A DNA stretch of 63,511 bases, counting the filler. It is 8 parts of 8 records of this genome, joined end to end, with 100 filler letters (N's around TTAATTAATTAA, not from the genome) between each part and the next. Parts side by side here need not be neighbours in the genome. Positions count along the whole stretch, not along the records: positions 38,559 to 42,029 come from SRR11831585_204; positions 42,130 to 44,472 come from SRR11831585_205; positions 44,573 to 61,145 come from SRR11831585_206; 5 more parts are not named here. The stretch is one strand, 5' to 3'. The position numbers and the translations under genes were made by a program. A model generated the notes under the pieces. It saw only the letters and a program-made list of their open reading frames with translations. It was not told the DNA's origin and searched no databases. Of the stretch, positions 41,601 to 51,516 are shown piece by piece; within the stretch, counting starts at the first letter, position 1, and each line of letters begins with the position of its first letter.

Positions 41601-42029
41601 TCGGGTATTGCGCAATCTCAAGCCCTAGTTTTCAACTCAGTGTATCAGCCGGTGTTCTCGCCCAACCCAGGGATTGTGGGTGCTACCCAGGCTGTTACGA
41701 TGACTGCTGTTTCGCACAGTAGGTAAGAACTAACCCCTTCTGATGTGCGGTCATTCCCAGCAGTAATGCTAACTCTGTTGATTCTGCAGCGTCACTATCA
41801 AGTACACTGTGAGTGGGGAGACGGTCAACTCAACATCACCCGTCTATGCGAGCGCAATATTGCTAAACCAGGTTGGCAACGTCACTGTTCAAGCGCGATT
41901 TTTCTCGGTACGTCGTTCCATGTGCTCATTATTCATAATGCTTTCGTTATCCAGACCATATCGGGTGTGACACACATGTCCGCTTTGACCCAAGCAGTGT
42001 ATTCCGTGTACGGATACCTCACACTGTCC
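38643..42029 (+). CDS. Intron-containing eukaryotic gene fragment (16 exons, 772 codons, open at both ends): discoidin/F5-8C-like domain, Cys-rich module and tandem chitobiase/FN3-associated-like repeats; probable surface glycoprotein
   Basis: Hand-built exons 38643-38777, 38892-38936, 39013-39272, 39360-39463, 39531-39764, 39860-40023, 40128-40373, 40424-40466, 40520-40619, 40696-40816, 40873-40990, 41066-41226, 41280-41525, 41577-41722, 41790-41907, 41955-42029 total 2316 nt with no stops. All introns are GT..AG, 47-114 nt. Repeated RYTTDGS.PT and IYYSTDGSDPT motifs. Confidence 0.85.
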
Positions 42030-42129
42030 NNNNNNNNNNNNNNNNNNNNNNNNNNNNNNNNNNNNNNNNNNNNTTAATTAATTAANNNNNNNNNNNNNNN
42101 NNNNNNNNNNNNNNNNNNNNNNNNNNNNN
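42030..42129. other. Artificial contig spacer
   Basis: 44 N + TTAATTAATTAA + 44 N. Confidence 0.99.
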
Positions 42130-44472
42130 ACATGAGCACAGATACAGCTTGTTGCATCTCTACGTGCAGCGAGGCCAGTGCCCTAGCGCGCTCCTCGTGT
42201 GCGTCCTGCAGCTGTGTGCGTAACTCGTGTTCCCGCGCCGCAGCTTGTCGTTCCGCCGTCCCCATCCGCCGCTCCAGGTCGCTTGTCAGCGCATCCGTCA
42301 GCTCCGCACGCACCGTGGACAGCTCACGAACATGCTGTTCACGCAGTGTTTGCAGCTCCTGTTGTGAGTGGCTGCGCTGGGTCTGCGCATCGGCCAATGC
42401 ACTGCGGACCTGCTCTTGCAGCGACGCCACTTGCACTGTCAGCTGTGCCCGCACCGTATGAGCCTCCTCCAGAGCGCTCTGCAGCTCAGAGGCTCGATTG
42501 TTCGACTCGGTCCTGAGCGCCTGGAGTGCGGCGGCTTGGTCTGCCTGCAGCGCGGCCACACGCTCAGCGCTCTCAGACCGCGCGGCCATATGTTTCTCAT
42601 GCAGCGCACGCAGATCCTGTTCGGCATGCTGGCGGGCTTGTGTCGCAGCCGCTAACAACGCAGATTCCTGCATGTTCTCCTCCGCCCACACCTGCTTCTG
42701 ATGCGCGAGTTCCTGCTGTGATTCCGCACGCAGTCGTTCAAGCTGTGCCACGGTGTGTGCATGTTCTGCCTCCGCATGCTGCAGACGCACAGACAATGCT
42801 GCACCGTCAGCCTGGGCTGTTCTCAGCTGCTCTTCTAGCTCACGCACACGCTCTCGAAGCACACCCACCTGTTGGTCGTAGTCCGCGGTGACTGTCACAA
42901 GCGAGGCACGTGTGTCTGTGAGCGATTGCGTGAGCGAGGCCACTTGCGCCACAAGAGCGCTCTTGGCCGCGGTGAGTTCCTCACTGGCATTGGTCGCTAC
43001 CGCAAGGTTTTCTGACACGCGTGCACAGTCGGCCCGCAGTGTGTCAGCGAGCGTGCGTGCGCTCTGTAGCTCTTGCTGCAGCTTGGCCGCTCTCACACCC
43101 AACAGATCCTTCGCATGCTGAGTCTCGTTCAGCTGCTTGTTCGAACGCTCGACTTCCGAGCGTGCACTCGCCGTTTCTGACCGGCTGACAGCCAGATCAG
43201 ACTGGATCTGCGCGTACGCTGCGGCAGCCGCACCCAACTGTGACTCGCATTCGCCCAAGCGTGCGCTGCATCGTTTGAGCTCCTCCGTGAGATTCTCCTG
43301 AGATACACGCACAGAAGCAGCATCCGCCTGCGCCCGAGATCGCTCGATTTCTGAGGTATCGAGCAAAGCTCGCAGCTCAGAAACCTGCTGCGTCAGCGCA
43401 CGATGCGATGTTTCATGGGCGGCAGCCTCCGACGCGCACTCTTCCACCTTGGCAGCCAACTGTGTCTCTAGCTGAGCCACGCGGCCCTCCGCGGTGAGGA
43501 GAGAGGTTTTGAGCGAGGACACCTGTTCGTTCAGAGCGCCCACCGCGGTCTCCAGATCGTGTACACGGGACTGGTGCGAAACACGCATCTCCTCCACGTT
43601 CCGGTGCGCAGAAGCCAAATCGGCTTGGACAACACCCAGACGCGCTGTTTCGCCGGCCAACTGCGCACCCAACTCTGACACACGCTGTTGAGCCGCGTCC
43701 AACTGCGCACGGAGCTCACTGAGTTGCTGTGTGTGCACGGCTGCACACTCGCTCCGTGCCGCACTGTGGCTCTCACGCACGCGGTCCATCTCGCTGTTGT
43801 GTTGCGACACAGCCGTACGCAGATCCTCCTCAGCATGCTCGCATCGCACCCGCACTGCATCCCGCTCACTACATGCAGCTGCAAGCTGGACGGCCAGGTC
43901 GGCTTGCTTCACTTGCAAACTCTCAAGCTGAGTCCGTAGCTGGGATTGCACCGCGGCGTGCTCCTGATCGTTGCGTGTGCGGTCTGCGGTGTGCGCATCC
44001 TCCAGGGCCTGTCTGCCTGTATGGTACGTCTCTGTCAACTGTACAAGCTTGTCCGCAGACTGGGACAGTTGTGACTGCAATTCTGAGACGCGAGCGTGTG
44101 CTGCTGCTAGCTCGGACACGAGGGTGGACCTCTGCGCGTTGAGCTCATCATTCTGCGCCCGAAGCTGCGCCGACAGAGACTCTGCGGCCGCAGTATGCGC
44201 GGCGAGAGTGCGATCCGCATGTTGCTGCAGCTCGGCGCATGCCAGATCATGGGCCGCACGCACCGTGTTCAGGTGTCCTGTGTGTTCGAGCAGCTGACGG
44301 TCTCGCTCTTGCACATCGGCACGCGCCGCAGCCAGCGCGCTCTGAAGAGAGGCGTTCTCAGCTTGGGCCTCTAACAAGCTGCGTCGCAACACGCCCGTCT
44401 CCTCGTCCCACACAGTCTGCCGCTGCCGCAGCGTGCTCTCGTGCTCAGCAGCTCGAGTTTCGAGCTCTGTCC
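42130..44472 (-). CDS. Long coiled-coil protein fragment (non-E. coli, probably eukaryotic), open at both ends
   Basis: One frame open across the whole contig (~780 aa); A/E/Q/R/L/S-rich with periodic leucines; no Pro seen. Confidence 0.85.
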
Positions 44473-44572
44473 NNNNNNNNNNNNNNNNNNNNNNNNNNNN
44501 NNNNNNNNNNNNNNNNTTAATTAATTAANNNNNNNNNNNNNNNNNNNNNNNNNNNNNNNNNNNNNNNNNNNN
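44473..44572. other. Artificial contig spacer
   Basis: 44 N + TTAATTAATTAA + 44 N. Confidence 0.99.
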
Positions 44573-46026
44573 CTGCTGGACTACATCGTTCAACGAAAGT
44601 GGCCTCTGGCGAAGCGGGCGGCATTACCCAGCACATTGGTGCATACCACGTTGAAACTGAAAACGGCATGATCACCTTCCTGGACACCCCGGGGCACGCC
44701 GCGTTTACTTCAATGCGTGCTCGTGGTGCGCAGGCAACGGACATCGTAGTCCTGGTTGTTGCTGCCGACGACGGTGTGATGCCGCAGACCATCGAAGCAA
44801 TCCAGCACGCGAAAGCGGCGCAGGTACCGGTGGTGGTTGCAGTGAACAAGATCGATAAACCAGAAGCTGATCCGGATCGCGTTAAGAACGAACTCTCCCA
44901 GTACGGCATCCTGCCGGAAGAGTGGGGCGGTGAAAGCCAGTTCGTACACGTATCTGCGAAAGCGGGTACCGGTATCGATGAACTGCTGGACGCTATCCTG
45001 CTGCAGGCGGAAGTTCTGGAGCTGAAAGCGGTACGTAAAGGTATGGCGAGCGGTGCGGTTATCGAATCCTTCCTCGATAAAGGTCGTGGTCCGGTTGCTA
45101 CCGTTCTGGTACGTGAAGGTACTCTGCACAAGGGCGATATCGTTCTGTGTGGCTTCGAATACGGTCGTGTTCGTGCGATGCGTAACGAACTGGGTCAGGA
45201 AGTGCTGGAAGCGGGTCCGTCCATTCCGGTGGAAATCCTCGGCCTGTCCGGCGTACCGGCTGCGGGTGATGAAGTTACCGTTGTACGTGACGAGAAGAAA
45301 GCGCGTGAAGTTGCACTCTATCGTCAGGGTAAATTCCGCGAAGTTAAACTGGCGCGTCAGCAGAAATCTAAACTCGAGAACATGTTCGCCAACATGACCG
45401 AAGGCGAAGTTCACGAAGTGAATATCGTCCTGAAGGCAGACGTACAGGGTTCTGTCGAAGCGATCTCCGACTCCTTGCTGAAACTGTCTACTGACGAAGT
45501 TAAAGTGAAGATCATCGGTTCTGGCGTAGGTGGTATCACCGAAACCGACGCCACCCTGGCTGCGGCGTCCAACGCCATCCTGGTTGGCTTTAACGTACGT
45601 GCTGATGCCTCTGCACGTAAAGTGATTGAAGCGGAAAGCCTGGATCTGCGTTACTACTCCGTCATCTATAACCTGATTGACGAAGTGAAAGCGGCGATGA
45701 GCGGTATGCTGTCTCCGGAACTGAAACAGCAGATTATCGGTCTGGCGGAAGTTCGTGACGTGTTCAAATCGCCGAAATTTGGTGCCATCGCAGGCTGTAT
45801 GGTTACCGAAGGTGTGGTTAAACGTCACAACCCGATCCGCGTTCTGCGTGACAACGTGGTTATCTACGAAGGCGAGCTGGAGTCCCTGCGCCGCTTCAAA
45901 GATGACGTTAACGAAGTCCGTAACGGTATGGAATGTGGTATCGGCGTTAAGAACTACAACGACGTCCGCACTGGCGATGTGATCGAAGTATTCGAAATCA
46001 TCGAGATCCAACGTACCATTGCTTAA
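44573..46026 (+). CDS. infB: Translation initiation factor IF-2, 5' truncated; apparent 1-bp deletion near 44586 at the contig edge
   Basis: [22 protein letters not shown] GTPase motifs; LLDY at 44573 is one base out of frame with RSTKVASG. Confidence 0.97.
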
Positions 46027-46041
46027 GGTTTTTAGGGTTCC

Positions 46042-46116
46042 ATGCGGGATAAGGCGTTTACGCTGCATCCGGCATGGATTGCCTGATGTGACGCTGGCGC
46101 GTCTTATCAGGTCAAC
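46042..46116. repeat. REP pair downstream of infB
   Basis: ggataaggcgtttacgctgcatccggca and tgcctgatgtgacgctggcgcgtcttatcagg. Confidence 0.85.
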
Positions 46117-46147
46117 GTGAACAGCCCTTCCACCTGAAATTAATTTT

Positions 46148-46173
46148 AAAAAGGGGCTAACAGCCCCTTTTTT
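46148..46173 (+). terminator. Intrinsic terminator between infB and rbfA
   Basis: aaaaaggggct-aac-agcccctttttt. Confidence 0.85.
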
Positions 46174-46189
46174 GTCAGGAGAATTTATT

Positions 46190-46591
46190 ATGGCGAAAGA
46201 ATTTGGTCGCCCGCAGCGCGTAGCGCAGGAAATGCAAAAAGAGATCGCTCTCATCCTGCAGCGTGAAATTAAAGATCCTCGCCTGGGCATGATGACCACC
46301 GTTTCCGGTGTCGAAATGTCTCGCGACCTGGCGTATGCCAAAGTATATGTGACGTTCCTCAACGACAAAGATGAAGACGCGGTTAAAGCGGGCATCAAAG
46401 CGTTGCAAGAAGCTTCTGGTTTCATCCGCAGCCTGCTGGGGAAAGCGATGCGCCTGCGTATCGTGCCGGAACTGACCTTCTTCTACGACAACTCTCTGGT
46501 TGAAGGGATGCGCATGTCAAACCTGGTGACCAGCGTGGTCAAACATGACGAAGAACGTCGTGTTAACCCGGACGACAGCAAGGAGGACTAA
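46190..46591 (+). CDS. rbfA: Ribosome-binding factor A
   Basis: 133 aa; [37 protein letters not shown] Shine-Dalgarno. Confidence 0.98.
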
Positions 46592-47535
46592 TGAGTCGTC
46601 CTCGTCGTCGCGGTCGCGACATTAACGGCGTTTTGTTGCTGGATAAACCTCAGGGTATGTCCAGCAACGATGCGCTGCAAAAAGTGAAACGTATATATAA
46701 CGCCAACCGTGCCGGGCATACCGGTGCGCTGGACCCGCTGGCGACCGGCATGTTGCCGATTTGCCTCGGGGAAGCGACGAAGTTTTCCCAGTATCTGCTG
46801 GACTCCGACAAACGCTATCGGGTCATTGCGCGTCTTGGACAGCGTACCGATACTTCTGATGCCGACGGACAGATCGTTGAAGAACGTCCGGTAACCTTTA
46901 GCGCAGAGCAGCTGGCAGCGGCACTGGATACTTTCCGTGGCGATATCGAACAGATCCCTTCGATGTATTCAGCACTGAAATATCAGGGCAAAAAACTGTA
47001 CGAATATGCGCGTCAGGGCATTGAAGTTCCGCGTGAAGCGCGTCCGATTACCGTTTATGAATTGCTGTTTATTCGCCATGAAGGCAATGAGCTGGAGCTG
47101 GAAATTCACTGCTCAAAAGGCACTTATATCCGCACCATCATTGATGACCTGGGTGAAAAACTCGGCTGTGGCGCGCATGTTATTTACCTGCGCCGTCTGG
47201 CGGTAAGTAAATATCCGGTTGAACGGATGGTGACCCTGGAGCACCTGCGTGAACTTGTTGAGCAAGCTGAACAGCAGGATATTCCAGCCGCGGAGTTACT
47301 TGATCCATTACTGATGCCAATGGACAGTCCAGCTTCGGACTATCCGGTGGTGAATCTTCCGTTAACGTCTTCTGTTTACTTCAAAAATGGTAACCCGGTT
47401 CGTACATCTGGTGCGCCACTGGAAGGACTGGTTCGCGTCACGGAAGGTGAGAACGGCAAATTTATCGGTATGGGCGAAATTGACGATGAAGGCCGCGTTG
47501 CGCCTCGTCGCCTGGTGGTTGAATACCCGGCGTAA
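46591..47535 (+). CDS. truB: tRNA pseudouridine 55 synthase
   Basis: [21 protein letters not shown]. Confidence 0.98.
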
Positions 47536-47546
47536 TGTTAACCGTC

Positions 47547-47575
47547 TTGCGATAACAGGTCGCTACGAGTAGAAT
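47547..47575 (+). promoter_or_regulatory. Sigma70 promoter of rpsO
   Basis: TTGCGA - 17 nt - TAGAAT. Confidence 0.7.
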
Positions 47576-47587
47576 ACTGCCGCTTAA

Positions 47588-47953
<366 letters not shown>

Positions 47954-47968
47954 TTCTTGCGAGTTTCA

Positions 47969-47997
47969 GAAAAGGGGGCCTGAGTGGCCCCTTTTTT
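47969..47997 (+). terminator. rpsO terminator (bidirectional-type hairpin)
   Basis: gaaaagggggcc-tgagt-ggcccctttttt. Confidence 0.85.
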
Positions 47998-48185
47998 CAA
48001 GCTGACGGCAGCAATTCACTGGAAACTAATGTATTGTTGCTATGAATGATCTTCCGTTGCAGAGGTTCGCGCGGCTAATGAGAGGCTTTACCCACATAGA
48101 GCTGGGTTAGGGTTGTCATTAGTCGCGAGGATGCGCAGAAGATCGGGTATTAACACCAGTGCCGTAAGGTACTGTCTAAGAAAGA
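47970..48185 (-). ncRNA. sraG: SraG small RNA antisense to the pnp leader (ends approximate)
   Basis: Position in the rpsO-pnp intergenic region, from knowledge of E. coli; ends cannot be derived from the sequence alone. Confidence 0.55.
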
Positions 48186-48199
48186 GAAAGGATATTACA

Positions 48200-50335
48200 T
48201 TGCTTAATCCGATCGTTCGTAAATTCCAGTACGGCCAACACACCGTGACTCTGGAAACCGGCATGATGGCTCGTCAGGCTACTGCCGCTGTTATGGTTAG
48301 CATGGATGACACCGCGGTATTCGTTACCGTTGTTGGCCAGAAAAAAGCCAAACCAGGTCAGGACTTCTTCCCACTGACCGTTAACTATCAGGAGCGTACC
48401 TACGCTGCTGGTCGTATCCCGGGTAGCTTCTTCCGTCGTGAAGGCCGCCCAAGCGAAGGCGAAACCCTGATCGCGCGTCTGATTGACCGCCCGATTCGCC
48501 CGCTGTTCCCGGAAGGCTTCGTCAACGAAGTTCAGGTTATCGCCACCGTGGTTTCTGTTAACCCGCAAGTTAACCCGGATATCGTCGCGATGATTGGTGC
48601 TTCCGCAGCGCTGTCTCTGTCTGGTATTCCGTTCAATGGCCCGATTGGTGCTGCCCGCGTAGGTTACATCAATGACCAGTACGTACTGAACCCGACTCAG
48701 GACGAGCTGAAAGAGAGCAAACTGGATCTGGTTGTTGCCGGTACTGAAGCCGCTGTACTGATGGTTGAATCTGAAGCTCAACTGCTGAGCGAAGACCAGA
48801 TGCTGGGCGCAGTAGTGTTCGGTCATGAACAACAGCAGGTTGTTATTCAGAACATCAATGAACTGGTGAAAGAAGCCGGTAAACCGCGTTGGGACTGGCA
48901 GCCGGAGCCGGTAAACGAAGCGCTAAACGCGCGCGTTGCTGCACTGGCTGAAGCTCGCCTGAGCGATGCTTACCGCATCACCGACAAACAAGAGCGTTAT
49001 GCGCAGGTTGATGTCATCAAATCTGAAACCATCGCGACGCTGCTTGCTGAAGACGAAACCCTGGACGAAAACGAACTGGGTGAAATTCTGCACGCGATCG
49101 AGAAAAACGTTGTTCGTAGCCGCGTACTGGCAGGCGAACCGCGTATCGACGGTCGTGAAAAAGATATGATCCGTGGTCTGGATGTGCGTACTGGCGTGCT
49201 GCCGCGTACTCACGGTTCTGCGCTGTTCACCCGTGGTGAAACGCAGGCGCTGGTTACCGCAACGCTGGGTACTGCTCGTGACGCGCAGGTTCTTGATGAA
49301 CTGATGGGCGAACGTACCGATACCTTCCTGTTCCACTACAACTTCCCTCCGTACTCCGTAGGCGAAACCGGCATGGTCGGTTCTCCGAAGCGTCGTGAAA
49401 TTGGTCACGGTCGTCTGGCGAAGCGCGGCGTGCTGGCAGTCATGCCGGATATGGACAAATTCCCGTACACCGTACGTGTTGTGTCTGAAATCACTGAATC
49501 CAACGGTTCCTCTTCTATGGCTTCCGTGTGCGGCGCGTCTCTGGCGCTGATGGACGCAGGTGTGCCGATCAAAGCTGCCGTTGCGGGTATCGCAATGGGT
49601 CTGGTGAAAGAAGGCGACAACTACGTTGTACTGTCTGACATTTTGGGCGACGAAGATCACCTGGGCGATATGGACTTCAAAGTTGCAGGTTCCCGCGACG
49701 GTATCTCTGCACTGCAGATGGATATCAAAATTGAAGGTATCACCAAAGAGATCATGCAGGTTGCGCTGAACCAGGCTAAAGGTGCGCGTCTGCATATCCT
49801 GGGCGTAATGGAACAGGCGATCAACGCGCCGCGTGGCGATATCTCTGAGTTCGCACCGCGTATCCATACCATCAAGATCAACCCGGACAAGATCAAAGAT
49901 GTTATCGGTAAAGGCGGTTCTGTAATCCGTGCTCTGACCGAAGAAACTGGCACCACCATCGAAATCGAAGATGACGGTACTGTGAAGATTGCAGCGACCG
50001 ACGGCGAGAAAGCGAAACATGCTATTCGTCGTATCGAAGAGATCACTGCAGAAATCGAAGTGGGCCGCGTCTACACTGGTAAAGTGACCCGTATCGTTGA
50101 CTTTGGCGCATTTGTTGCCATCGGCGGCGGTAAAGAAGGTCTGGTCCACATCTCTCAAATCGCTGACAAACGCGTTGAGAAAGTGACCGATTACCTGCAG
50201 ATGGGTCAGGAAGTACCGGTGAAAGTTCTGGAAGTTGATCGCCAGGGCCGTATCCGTCTGAGCATTAAAGAAGCGACTGAGCAGTCTCAACCTGCTGCAG
50301 CACCGGAAGCTCCGGCTGCTGAACAGGGCGAGTAA
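48200..50335 (+). CDS. pnp: Polynucleotide phosphorylase (TTG start)
   Basis: 711 aa; [29 protein letters not shown] (GKGG) and S1 domains. Confidence 0.99.
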   Translation: MLNPIVRKFQYGQHTVTLETGMMARQATAAVMVSMDDTAVFVTVVGQKKAKPGQDFFPLTVNYQERTYAAGRIPGSFFRREGRPSEGETLIARLIDRPIRPLFPEGFVNEVQVIATVVSVNPQVNPDIVAMIGASAALSLSGIPFNGPIGAARVGYINDQYVLNPTQDELKESKLDLVVAGTEAAVLMVESEAQLLSEDQMLGAVVFGHEQQQVVIQNINELVKEAGKPRWDWQPEPVNEALNARVAALAEARLSDAYRITDKQERYAQVDVIKSETIATLLAEDETLDENELGEILHAIEKNVVRSRVLAGEPRIDGREKDMIRGLDVRTGVLPRTHGSALFTRGETQALVTATLGTARDAQVLDELMGERTDTFLFHYNFPPYSVGETGMVGSPKRREIGHGRLAKRGVLAVMPDMDKFPYTVRVVSEITESNGSSSMASVCGASLALMDAGVPIKAAVAGIAMGLVKEGDNYVVLSDILGDEDHLGDMDFKVAGSRDGISALQMDIKIEGITKEIMQVALNQAKGARLHILGVMEQAINAPRGDISEFAPRIHTIKINPDKIKDVIGKGGSVIRALTEETGTTIEIEDDGTVKIAATDGEKAKHAIRRIEEITAEIEVGRVYTGKVTRIVDFGAFVAIGGGKEGLVHISQIADKRVEKVTDYLQMGQEVPVKVLEVDRQGRIRLSIKEATEQSQPAAAPEAPAAEQGE

Positions 50336-50444
50336 GGTTGCCATTTGCCCTCCGCTGCGGCGGGGGGCGTTTTAACCGGGCAGGACGCCTTGTTAGCAAC
50401 CGGGAACAGGACGTTCATTCAACCGTGGTCTTCGGGAGTGGGAA

Positions 50445-51329
50445 ATGAAGCCTTTTTTGCGCTGGTGTTTCGTTGCGACAGCACTTACGCTTGCAGGATG
50501 CAGTAATACTTCCTGGCGTAAAAGTGAAGTCCTCGCGGTACCATTGCAACCGACTTTACAGCAGGAAGTGATTCTGGCACGTATGGAACAAATCCTTGCC
50601 AGTCGGGCTTTAACCGATGACGAACGCGCACAGCTTTTATATGAGCGCGGAGTGTTGTATGATAGTCTCGGTCTGAGGGCATTAGCGCGTAACGATTTTT
50701 CGCAAGCGCTGGCAATCCGACCGGATATGCCTGAAGTATTCAATTACTTAGGCATATATTTAACGCAGGCAGGCAATTTTGATGCTGCCTATGAAGCGTT
50801 TGATTCTGTACTTGAGCTTGATCCAACTTACAACTACGCGCACTTGAATCGCGGGATCGCATTATATTACGGCGGTCGTGACAAGTTAGCGCAAGATGAT
50901 CTGCTGGCGTTTTATCAAGACGATCCCAATGATCCTTTCCGTAGTCTGTGGCTTTATCTCGCCGAGCAGAAGCTCGATGAGAAGCAGGCTAAAGAAGTGT
51001 TGAAACAGCACTTCGAAAAATCGGATAAGGAACAGTGGGGATGGAACATTGTCGAGTTCTACCTGGGCAACATTAGCGAACAAACGTTAATGGAAAGGCT
51101 CAAGGCGGACGCAACGGATAACACCTCGCTCGCTGAGCATCTCAGTGAAACCAACTTCTATTTAGGTAAGTACTACCTAAGTCTGGGGGATTTGGACAGC
51201 GCCACGGCACTGTTCAAACTGGCGGTTGCCAACAACGTTCATAACTTTGTTGAGCACCGATACGCATTGTTGGAATTATCGCTCCTGGGCCAGGACCAAG
51301 ATGACCTGGCAGAATCGGACCAGCAATAG
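50445..51329 (+). CDS. nlpI: TPR lipoprotein NlpI
   Basis: Lipobox LAGC; TPR repeats; 294 aa. Confidence 0.98.
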
Positions 51330-51435
51330 CTGACGTACACATCAGCCCGTAATCTTTTTTGATTGCCATCACCTTAACGGGTGAGGGCGTTGTTGTTCGT
51401 TAATACACCTACTTTGAGCCGGTTCACACTTTTCA

Positions 51436-51516
51436 ATGAAAATTGCTGATCAATTTCATGATGAGTTATGTAGACTGGCCGCCATTAATTTTGAGGCACA
51501 CGTACTACATGGCTGA
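51436..51516 (+). CDS. yrbN: Small protein overlapping the deaD start
   Basis: [26 protein letters not shown], 26 aa. Confidence 0.75.

Noticed and set aside
38511-42077. Many short ORFs on both strands in the ORF track, read as small genes or a decayed pseudogene/phage region
   Set aside because: Explained more simply as exons plus intron read-through of one plus-strand spliced gene.
38459-44572. Eukaryote-like genes as a horizontally acquired island between ydeO and infB
   Set aside because: Bounded by artificial spacers, with no integrase, att site or physical linkage; spliceosomal introns could not be processed in E. coli.
44710-46425. 571-aa ORF antisense to infB/rbfA
   Set aside because: Shadow ORF produced by the codon bias of a highly expressed gene; no recognisable motifs.
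48923-50344. 473-aa ORF antisense to pnp
   Set aside because: Same shadow-ORF effect; fully overlaps a well-established gene.
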